DNA of 37,907 nucleotides from Tortispora ganteri (Eukaryota): NCBI GenBank assembly GCA_003707115.1, contig PPNB01000027.1, positions 62,001 to 99,907 of the forward strand, read 5' to 3'. Shown piece by piece: positions 1 to 9,181 of this stretch (position 1 is its first letter; each line of letters starts with the position of its first letter). The notes under the pieces were generated by a model. It saw only the letters and a program-made list of their open reading frames with translations, ran no database searches and was not told where the DNA came from. The position numbers and the translations under genes were made by a program.

Positions 1-562
1 TTGCGTACCCATCAGGGTCGACGCGTCTGACTCTCATAATCTGAGGACCAGTGAAGCGGTAGTGACCACGCGAACCTGTAATTTCGGCAAGATGCTGAGA
101 GCCGCCAACTTCATTCTCGTGAGCGTCTACTTCAAGTTTAGTAGAGTGGTCTTGCCAGTTAGGACTATACTGACGAGCAAATGCATTAGGGGCCAATTGG
201 TTTAAGAGAGAATCGGATGGACTAAGCGAGCTGAGTAGTTCTGGAGCTTGAGCTGACCAGTAAACTGAACCATGTTGTTGGCAAGCCCCTGACAACGCTT
301 TCACGCGAGAGAAGTCAAAACCCGAAACTTTTAGTCGCTGCAATATGATATCAAGAGCCTCGAGCCACATAGCTACAGGAGCAAATATTTCTTGTTCCTT
401 TTCATTATGTAAAACTCCATGCACTGTGTTATATTTTGGCAGATCTTCGTCGAATTTGAGTGTTTCGTGGACGACGAGATCCAGTCGGGAGTCAACTCCT
501 ATGACTTTTAATTGCTGCGTGGAAAGGTCAAAACCAAGGAACACGTCCGCTTTTAAAGACAT
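1..562 (-). CDS. XKS1: Xylulokinase (FGGY kinase family), 5' part; continues past the left edge
   Basis: Manual translation from ATG at 562: MSLKADVFLGFDLSTQQLKVIGVDSRLDLVVHETLKFDEDLPKYNTVHG...PVAMWLEALD...LSGACQQHGSVYWS. LGFDLSTQQLK, PVAMWLEALD and SGxCQQHGSVYWS are hallmark yeast Xks1 motifs. Not in the ORF track. Confidence 0.95.
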   Translation of the reverse strand, partial: MSLKADVFLGFDLSTQQLKVIGVDSRLDLVVHETLKFDEDLPKYNTVHGVLHNEKEQEIFAPVAMWLEALDIILQRLKVSGFDFSRVKALSGACQQHGSVYWSAQAPELLSSLSPSDSLLNQLAPNAFARQYSPNWQDHSTKLEVDAHENEVGGSQHLAEITGSRGHYRFTGPQIMRVRRVDPDGYA

Positions 563-570
563 AGCGTAAT

Positions 571-834
571 TTACTTAGTATCCCAGGCTAGCCACTTTTC
601 TGGATTTTTGTTAAACTGAGGCCAGGGGGGTATAACCACTACAGCAAGAGCGACAGATAGAATGGCAAATGTAACCCAGCAGTAGAGAGAGCTTTGGAAT
701 GTGAAACCGACAAGAAAAGCAATAAGTGCAGCAATATAAGTGCCAATATGTACAACTTTATCACAGAACAATTGACTTGGAAAATCAATTGGCCCTTCAA
801 TCACAGAAGAAATGTCGGCAATTAGTTGGTCCAT
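571..834 (-). CDS. SPC1: Signal peptidase complex 12 kDa subunit (SPC12/Spc1)
   Basis: 87 aa; EGPIDFPSQ N-terminal motif, two hydrophobic TM segments, and C-terminal VVIPPWPQFNKNPEKW, typical of the SPC12 family. Confidence 0.9.
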   Translation of the reverse strand: MDQLIADISSVIEGPIDFPSQLFCDKVVHIGTYIAALIAFLVGFTFQSSLYCWVTFAILSVALAVVVIPPWPQFNKNPEKWLAWDTK

Positions 835-1010
835 TTAGTTTTTGGGGGAGTCTAGCCTTTATATGTGCGTGGATGGATTAGTTATGATTTCATACGGTTG
901 CCATGGGCGAAATTTACCCGTGTAATATTTATCCGGGGAGCACACACTATTACGTATTGTGCAATTTGAGATTCATTAAATTCATTTTTGTGCGTAATGC
1001 ATTGATAATA

Positions 1011-4000
1011 TTATCTTCCAGTCAGAGATTTGACAAATTCTGCAAATTGACGACGAAATACTTTGTCGTCAACAGTCTGCAGCGCCTGCACATACACATC
1101 AATCTGCTGATTCGGTACACCTGATTCGGGGAAAAAAGACTGTGCCAAGTATGCGCTGAATCGCGGCCAGCATATATGTAGACATTTTTGCACATGCCCA
1201 ATTTCACCGAGAACTAAACGGAATTCTCCATCTGAGTAGTTCGATTTGATATCAGTAGAAACCGACCAGCAGATCCTGTTCACCGTAACATAGAATGAAT
1301 CAGGCATCGCAAACACTGACACACCAGCAGGCAGAGGTAGCGACGGATCTTTATCCGCTAATGCAACCATAACTTTTCCTAAAACTGCCAACGCTGTTTT
1401 TTGTGTTACCGCGTTGCTTTGATCTTCGGAGTATTCCAAGATGGTCTGTAGCATCGATTCCAAAACGTTTCGCAGCTCTTCTCGCAACAGAACCCAAGTA
1501 AGCCCATTGGCAACTATCGTCTGAATAAAATGCAAGTACGCTTTTCTCAAATTATAGACTTGAAGAAAATAGTCAGTGCCCGAGGACGTGCCATTATCGT
1601 TTTTCGGTAGTGTCATGTGGTCCACTAGGTTAGAAAGCAGCGGCCCAATTAGCTCAACTAATATATTTCCTGCTCCATCTTTAGCATACAGGTGAATTAG
1701 TTGACCAATGAAAGAGAGAAAGTCTCCTAGTTCATCTGGTCCTGCATTAGACAACAAACTGGTAATAAGTCGAGGAATGTACTCAAAAATTTCACTTCCA
1801 ATGCTTGTGAGCATTCTAGCAAAGGTAAACCTAGCTGCATCTCTTATGATTTCATATTGCGCTAGCATCTCTAACGGAGTAATGACTGCTTCTGCGCTGT
1901 TTTTCATTCTGAGTTTCACATTAGCACTTTCTTTCATTTGCTGTTGTGCACCATCGGAAAATCCACGCGAAAATGTTCCTATTGCCATAATGTCATGATG
2001 TATTTGTAATGTGAGTTTGGCATCCCCCGAAGCATTGCCCATATTCCTCGATATATCTGCGTATACCGGGTCAAGAACTGCAGATATGTACGAACAAGTT
2101 TCATCAATAATGGCTTCGGTTACCTGTCCTTTACAACACGAAATAGTAAATCCAGCTGCTTCAAATAAATACAGTTGCGACTCAAATAGTCCATCGCTGG
2201 TAGCTTCGTCAGCTGACATTAGAGAACTGGAATCATTGTCCGCAGGAGGATCACCTGCTTCTATGACAAACAAATCCTGTAATCCAGAGAGTAGTTGAGA
2301 CTTAGCTTCTGAAGCAGAGAAGTAGCCAGCGGAGTGTTTGATAAATTGGAGAAGTAAATACCATGCACGTGCTTGCACTTTTTTGTTTGAATTATGAGCT
2401 CCAAACTCCGAGATGAAGAACTGTAAAATTCGCAACCCAAAAATATCAAAGTCAATAAGACCTTGATGTCTCACAATGAGTTCCATAAATTGAAGTTGCA
2501 CTGCTGGATGTGCATAATTCAGTACAACATCAGATGAAATCATTTTTGATAAACAATTCTGTAAAACAGATATGGTAGGATGATCTCTCTGGGTTTTGCT
2601 AAGAATTCCAGCATTACGAAGGCCTTCACCGTAGGCCCAAAGCTCGAACAATGCAAGTTCTAAATCTCTCCAAGACTGTGGAGGAGTATCTAGAGATTTA
2701 AAGACAAGTTCAGATATCACGCGAGATACCAGTTCATAGTCAATAGCGGCTATAGAATCTTGAAAGATACGCAATCTGGCTCGAATATCTAAAAATTCAC
2801 TTTCAGAGCCATCTTCACCTCCAGTCCAGTCTGTAGATTCATCGTACTTCGCTTTAGAGATGATAACAGTCAGCATTTGACTAAGTATAGAGGAAGCTTG
2901 TTCTGGAAAGGTATTCTGAGATTTTAGTTTGCGCAAATAGGTCAAATATTCGGTAATAGAGGGGAAAATTTGGGTCGAAGTGTCATCGTATTCGTTTCCG
3001 AGGAATTCAAGAAGGAAGGGTGTGAGGTCGAAGAGTTGCTGCTGAGCAGAAGAACAAAGTGAAGGCTCGTTTAACGACATTTCGATGATTCTGATTAATT
3101 CTCTTGCAATAACGTTACATAAATGAGCAACACGCTCATCGAATTCTATATCAGAACCAATTTTCAATTGGGAAAGAAGGGGAATTATGTTAAGGAGGGA
3201 TATAAGAGAGAGTTTGTCAGCCGGCATCATTTTTTTGGATATTATTTCAGCGAGCGTGTTACAGGCAGTGCCATTAATCTTTTCTCTAGCAAGTAAGGCA
3301 AAAATAAGATTCATGTACTCAGGAGTGACAATGAGGTTGATATCGATCCATGAGACCCACGAGCCAATTGTGCGCAGAGTAAAGTCACACAAATCCAGAG
3401 CTTTTGGGGAAGGATTATCAGACCATACCTGCAGTATATACATCCAGGAGGCAGTGAGTTTCGACATAGAGGCTTCACGAATATTGTCTTTTATGAGGCT
3501 TGCGCGTCTATTGTCTTCAGTAGATCTGTTAATCAGGGTGTCACCTATTTCTTCATGAAGAGAACTGAGAACGCGCAGATAGAAATCGATGCCATTAGCA
3601 TTAGAATATTCTGGAGATTGAGCCATAGACAGCAAATTGTCAAAGCAGGAAGGCCATTTTGAAGGGTAGCAGATGAGTATTACGTAGGAGAATATCTGTG
3701 CGATCTTGTTGCGGAAATGAGGATCATCTATTGGTTCAGCGGGCGCGACATAATTTTCAGAGACGTAAGTTAAGAGCTGATCTCTTATGAGAAGGACTCC
3801 ATCTCCCAAATCTCCTCCCCTTGTGGCTAGAGCTTCACCTACCACTTGCAGAGCGAAGAATCGAGCCGTGGAAGATCGGCTGTTGCCGGCGGAGAAGAGA
3901 CCCAAGCACAACTGCCAACCGTCAGGCGAGTCTTTGACCTGTTGACAGAAGTTCAAGGCCTTTTTATATGTTAGTACTCATATTTTTAAATGAATGGAGA

Positions 4001-4132
4001 TTATTGAGCACACATGAGCCACGTAAATAGTCGTATGCGATGCAAATTAGTCTTACTTACTTCTTGTTTAAGGGAGGCATTTGCTCGGCCGTCATAGAGT
4101 ATAGTCACAGCTTGTTCTATTTGATCTTCCAT
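1011..4132 (-). CDS. LOS1: Exportin-T (tRNA nuclear export receptor); exon 1 4132-4061, intron 4060-3960, exon 2 3959-1011
   Basis: Karyopherin-like protein with ARFFALQV, YPSKWPSCF, IKDNIRE and IGSWVSWIDINLIV, as in Los1/XPOT. Exon 1 encodes MEDQIEQAVTILYDGRANASLKQE. The intron has GTAAGT, TACTAAC (3976-3970) and AAG; splicing gives ...KQE-ALNFCQQVK in frame. Confidence 0.9.
3960..4060 (-). other. Spliceosomal intron (101 nt) in LOS1
   Basis: GTAAGT donor, perfect TACTAAC branchpoint 10 nt before an AAG acceptor; restores the reading frame. Confidence 0.88.
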
Positions 4133-4736
4133 CTCTGCTGCACTAAATCTCTATAGAGCAGAGAATAATCAAAATAAAGAGCAAAAACCAGTAATTTCCG
4201 CTGGCAAACCAGATATCTGAAAAAAATGCCTTTGGTTATAATGGAAGGGTAGAGTTTTGGGTGGTCATAAAGCTGCTCGATATACTGTGTTTTAGGTTTA
4301 CAATAGGGCTAGTATGTTCGCAATACAAACTGCTGCCAGTTGACTGATTGGAGTTTGTTTTTAAAAGAAAAAAATATAAATCAGTCAAATATTTTAGAAA
4401 AGATGTCTATTAGAGGCTAATCAGTCAATTAATAATTGATCTAGTACCTGTTACTTGAAAGATAGCGGCGTATCCGGCCCTTACATCAAGATCCCTCCTC
4501 TTCTGCCGCGTCGCATACCCTTTCCAACCATTGCTCTTCACTTTGCACTCATGATACTGCTTGCTGTACTTTATATTATATTTAAGATATAAAGAAACAT
4601 CGTTCAAACATTTATACCCCTTTATGTGGCGAAATCGCTTGAAAATTGTACTTACGATAATCTTCAAGGTTAGGGTTTTAATCCATAAGCGCGTTTTTGG
4701 TCTTTGGACTTTGACAGCTTTACCGGGTGTAAACAA

Positions 4737-5315
4737 ATGGCAGACGAGGAAGGTATACGAGCGCACAGGTTCAGGGAAACGTTCTTACTTTCGCTTGATA
4801 AAGCTGCCAGTTCAGTTGATGTTGAGGATTTAAAGAAATGTTATCCTTCTATTGCGGCGCTCGAGGGCAGCGACTCGCTGTTTGCCGACATTCTCTCACA
4901 AGTTACGGACTTTTGGCGTTCAAGGTCTCTGAAGGAGTTTGATCTCATTTTGAAAGAAAAAAGTGTGACCGAGAAGCTTAATGAACTGGATAAAATTATT
5001 GAATCCGGCAAACAACTCGCTGAATTGGGCGCGCCTGAAGATATCCAAATCGAAAATCTAACACCAGCTCAGATCTTGAATGCCCATTCCCGTAACGTCA
5101 AGCAAAATATCATTGATAGATTAAACTCTCTCTCTTTACAGATTGAACAGGCAAACAACAAACTAGATGACCAGATAGACTTGATATGCAGATCGACAGC
5201 AGAAGACCTGAAAACTCTACAATCGCTACTGGAAACGGTCGCGGCTGCCGTCACGCCGGAAGCCAAACAATTATTACAAGACATACAAGTCGCATACAAT
5301 AATGCCGATCCTTGA
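4737..5315 (+). CDS. NNF1: Kinetochore MIND/Mis12 complex subunit Nnf1
   Basis: Start taken at ATG 4737 (MADEEGIR). LKKCYPSIA, EFDLILKEKSVTEKLNELDKII and LTPAQILNAH match the Nnf1 family pattern; C-terminal coiled coil. Confidence 0.85.
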   Translation: MADEEGIRAHRFRETFLLSLDKAASSVDVEDLKKCYPSIAALEGSDSLFADILSQVTDFWRSRSLKEFDLILKEKSVTEKLNELDKIIESGKQLAELGAPEDIQIENLTPAQILNAHSRNVKQNIIDRLNSLSLQIEQANNKLDDQIDLICRSTAEDLKTLQSLLETVAAAVTPEAKQLLQDIQVAYNNADP

Positions 5316-5377
5316 TATTATTGTGAAAATACATGTACTATATTCTATCATGTTTCTACGCTATGCCATCGCTGAAT

Positions 5378-6610
5378 TCAAGCGGCCTTAACATTGGAGT
5401 ACGAGCTTCCGGGATACGTCAAATTATTGGTCGCAGATTTGTCCAAATCCAGGTTTTTGTTCACAGTACCAATTAGAGACCTAGAATTGCTTGCAACATG
5501 ATCTCCTGATGCCTCCCAAAACATTGCACCACCTAGCTTCTTTGCTTTAATGTACTCGCATTTCTGCTTCACAACTTGTTCGTTGTCATAAGACACCATT
5601 TTTCTTCGAGGAGCGTCATAGGAGTAGCAGGCTCCGATGGACTGCATATACTTCTCTTCAGATCCTGCAAGCGGAAGTGCCTTATAATCCCAGATACCGT
5701 TTTCCCAAGAACCGGTTCCTATTCCTGAAAATGGCTTACCAGGGCCATCAGTGTTTTCAAATGCACGACCGTATGCGGGCATACCCACTACTAGTTTGCT
5801 TGTGGCAACACCACGCTTAGCGTAAGATGACACTACAGTATCAACACTAAGAGGGGACCCATACAATTGACTCTGGTGACCGCTGACGGAATCCCATCCA
5901 CCGGCAAAATCATAGCACATCAAGTTCCACCAGTCTATGTATTTGTCCATCTCTTCTACGTTAAGAGTTTGGATCTTATCTGATCCACCTGGCGCAGCGA
6001 CGGTTAATAGAAACTTATATACGCTGCTGTTATGAGTATTAGACAGCTTAGTCAAAGCTTCACGCAACTCTTTTAAGAGCGACACCATCAATGCTGCTTC
6101 AGTAGCATCTTTTGGATATTCCCAGTCAATGTCTATGCCATCAAGACCGCATTCTTCCACAAGGGCCACAGCTGTTTGTACAAAACGAGCGCGCTTGTTT
6201 GCATCGTTACACACCGCCGAGAACTTCCCGTCATATCCCCAGCCTCCGATTGCCAGTAAGACTCTCAAATGTCGATATTTCTTTTTCATTTCAAACAATA
6301 CACCTAGACATCCTTTCAATCCTTCGTCGTTGTTTCCTAATTTTATCTGAACATCAGCCCATTCGTCTGATAGTTTCACGTCTCCGGTAGTGTCGTCGAT
6401 CTTGGCGAAAGAATAGTTGACATGGGTGATACAATCAGCAGGGATCTGATCAGGATTAAATTTACGCTGATAAATTGACCAATTGGTATAATAGATTACG
6501 CATTTCATGTCACTAGGTGAAGATTGACATTTGCATGCAAGTTTGGTGGTATATGCACGGGCCTTGCCTTTAATAGTGCGAATCAGGGAAACAGAGTTTG
6601 AGGAGCCCAT
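5378..6610 (-). CDS. GH18 chitinase (class V, Cts2-like), no signal peptide
   Basis: YYTNWSIY, AIGGW, catalytic DGIDIDWEYP (DxDxE), LMCYDF and GGAMFWEASGD motifs. Confidence 0.95.
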   Translation of the reverse strand: MGSSNSVSLIRTIKGKARAYTTKLACKCQSSPSDMKCVIYYTNWSIYQRKFNPDQIPADCITHVNYSFAKIDDTTGDVKLSDEWADVQIKLGNNDEGLKGCLGVLFEMKKKYRHLRVLLAIGGWGYDGKFSAVCNDANKRARFVQTAVALVEECGLDGIDIDWEYPKDATEAALMVSLLKELREALTKLSNTHNSSVYKFLLTVAAPGGSDKIQTLNVEEMDKYIDWWNLMCYDFAGGWDSVSGHQSQLYGSPLSVDTVVSSYAKRGVATSKLVVGMPAYGRAFENTDGPGKPFSGIGTGSWENGIWDYKALPLAGSEEKYMQSIGACYSYDAPRRKMVSYDNEQVVKQKCEYIKAKKLGGAMFWEASGDHVASNSRSLIGTVNKNLDLDKSATNNLTYPGSSYSNVKAA

Positions 6611-6913
6611 TACTTTTTGTACTTGGAAATACTTCTCTTGTTGAAAGTATGAAATGTCTTTTACAACTATTTATATAGTCAACGAATACTTTCGTTTAAC
6701 CAAATTAGTCTCATTATAATCTCGTAAACAGTATAATTAATAAATGGGTTGTAATTGCAAGTTACCTGTAAAAGTCCCTTCAACTTATTGTACATCAGTT
6801 CAAATAGGGTAAGCATAAGCGAGAGAATGAAACAGAGGAATAATACCTATATTTCGCAGAACAGAACACTTTCGTAGAGCGCTTAAATATGCGCTCGTAT
6901 AATATTTGTCGGG

Positions 6914-8748
6914 TCAGCTTTTTATAGCTTTGGCAGCCAGGGACGCTGCAGAAATATAGGCCAGATGTTCGACAGTGCTCAATTGTTGAATAACGAATTT
7001 TCCAGGATACGTACTTTCAACTGTAGCTAAACATCTAGCAGTCGCAGTTCTAACTGAAGTTCTAGAATGAAATAAGCCTAAAGCAAGATGCTTGATATCA
7101 CAGTACGCTGAAGTCAACTCCAAGGTGAACTGATATATATCCTGAGGGGTCTTCAGGAAATTCGGCAGAGTAGTGTATAGTTTGACAATTTCGTCACTAC
7201 TCATAAAAGATCCACGTCTCTGTAAGAGCTGCAGCTGGTGCCGAAAGTCGACTTTGACTTCCTGCTTAGGAACGAGACCCAGACGCTTGTAGATACTAGT
7301 TCCACGAAAAGATTTAGCAAAAGGAGAGTGTACAGTAATCTCACTATTCTCGTCAGATTTAATTGACCAAACTATCCCTGCACCAGGCAAAACTAAATTG
7401 TCTTTGTCTTTTTCTGTTCGAATATTCTCGAGGTCAGTAGCGCCATTATATCGACGTTCCATTTCTGCAATAATTGCTATCAGTTCGCGTACGTAATTTC
7501 TAGAACGCAGTAGAAGAGCAGAAGCAGGAGCACGTAGATCAAGTAGTTTGGTAATATCTGACGTAAATGACTGGTCAATGAATGATCCTGAGGTAGAATT
7601 AGGAGCGGCAGAATTGGATGTTCCAGATGCGCTAATGATACCGGTGTTAATGTCGATCATTATATCCCACCATTCGGGATGAGACCCAAAAGCAGGACTA
7701 CATACTCCAGCAATGTAACCAGGGATTTCTACCAGCTGTGAAACACGCGATAATGAGGCGTAAGGGAATGTGCGCTCTAAGATACCAGGTGCCAGACCGT
7801 ATCCCGAGGCAATGAGGACTGCAGTGAGTACAGTTTCTGTGATATCTGACGAGGAGAGTCCAACTCCAACAAACAGGACACGCTTCTCAGTAAGTATAGC
7901 ATTGATTATTATGATCAGCGGGTGCGTTGATGAGCCGGAAGTAAAAACATCGGGGAAGCAGTTTGGGGAAGAGAGGGATACATTGAGTGATGCGAAAGAT
8001 TTCAAGTAACCTTCGACTGGTATTTGGACGACTAACTCTTCAGGCACAGCAAGAGGGTATCTGAAGGGAATTTCTGATGTTCTGCCCATGGCTTTAAAAG
8101 GTACGGCGACCGTATAAGTTAGTTCTGTAGTTTGAATGAGTTCTGCTGACGGTAGTAAGGCGGTTTTTGCGGCTGGGGTAGCCAAATCTGAGTGTGACCG
8201 TAGCTCATCTAGGCTTTTCAGGGGAGGTTTATTTGGCTCAGGAAGTAGTATAAGGATAGACTTATCGTAGTGGTCTAATTTTGGGATTGTGCTGAGTTTT
8301 ATGGCATGTAATGAATGGAAGAGTCGTGTGATGACGTCGAAAGATGGATTCGCGGAGTATTCAGCTACTGCGAGAGTCAAGAAAGGTTTAAAAGGTTCGA
8401 CATTTTGAAGAGTTGTACAGATGGCGAGACTGCGAATTACTGCTCCGCGATTAGTGTCATTGGACTTTCTGGTTAAGGCGAAGCTGAGAAGAGTTCTCCT
8501 AGATGATTTTTGGTCGTGATCATAAAGGAAGACAACATTCCAATCACTAGATCTTTCGTGGATCTGATCAGGAATCATTATTTCACCTATTTCACTTCGA
8601 TGTTAGTCAATGGCTGTAATTTACATAAGATTAAGACTTACCTGTCATCGCCGTCAAACCATCCTTCTGGGTACACATTCTTGACTATAGGACCATAATC
8701 ATGGTCAAATTCAGCTGCAATAACGCAGTCAATAATTGAACCATCCAT
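6914..8748 (-). CDS. AFI1: Afi1/MesA-like polarity protein (DENN-related Afi1 + SPA domains); exon 1 8748-8642, intron 8641-8595, exon 2 8594-6914
   Basis: Exon 1 MDGSIIDCVIAAEFDHDYGPIVKNVYP (AxFDxDxGP of DENN/Afi1). Spliced junction GDDSEIGEIMIPDQIHER; RGAVIRSLAICT, HPLIIIINAILTEKRVLF, ERTFPYASL, PGYIAGV and WWD motifs. Confidence 0.8.
8595..8641 (-). other. Spliceosomal intron (47 nt) in the AFI1-like gene
   Basis: GTAAGT donor, GACTAAC branchpoint (8608-8602), AAG acceptor 7 nt later; only this acceptor keeps the frame. Confidence 0.8.
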
Positions 8749-9181
8749 AGTATTACAAATGGCTTAATATTCAATTAAAAAGGGATAATCAAAAAATAGT
8801 ACCAAAAAGTGGATCTAAATCGATCTAAATCTAGATCCCTCTTTTTTTAACCCATTTTGGGACTTAAAATAAACGTGACCAGGGAGACTACCCTTGCGTA
8901 TATGCCTGCGATTATCGCCAAAACGCCTTTTAATATCAATACAGTTATAAAGATTTTATTGATCTATCTCGCGTCCCTTGAAATTTTCTATTCAAGCTTA
9001 AAAATGATTGGAAGAGACTGAACCCCGTCTGGTTGTATAGACATAAGGGTCTGGACCCTGTATCTCATCTTACGTCCACAATTGGACCGATGTATATTAA
9101 GATAATATCTACTGTACGCTTAGATTGACCCTTATTTTCATTTTCAGGGACGCTAAATATGTTCATAAATAATATAAATAG

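Noticed and set aside
345..569. 74-aa plus-strand ORF
   Set aside because: Antisense shadow of XKS1, whose minus-strand frame has clear family motifs.
4425..4833. 113-aa (-) and 90-aa (+) ORFs in the LOS1/NNF1 interval
   Set aside because: Non-ATG starts, no recognisable motifs, and they overlap the NNF1 start.
6877..6896. GAGCGC/GCGCTC hairpin downstream of the AFI1-like gene
   Set aside because: A 6-bp stem is expected by chance; no supporting context.
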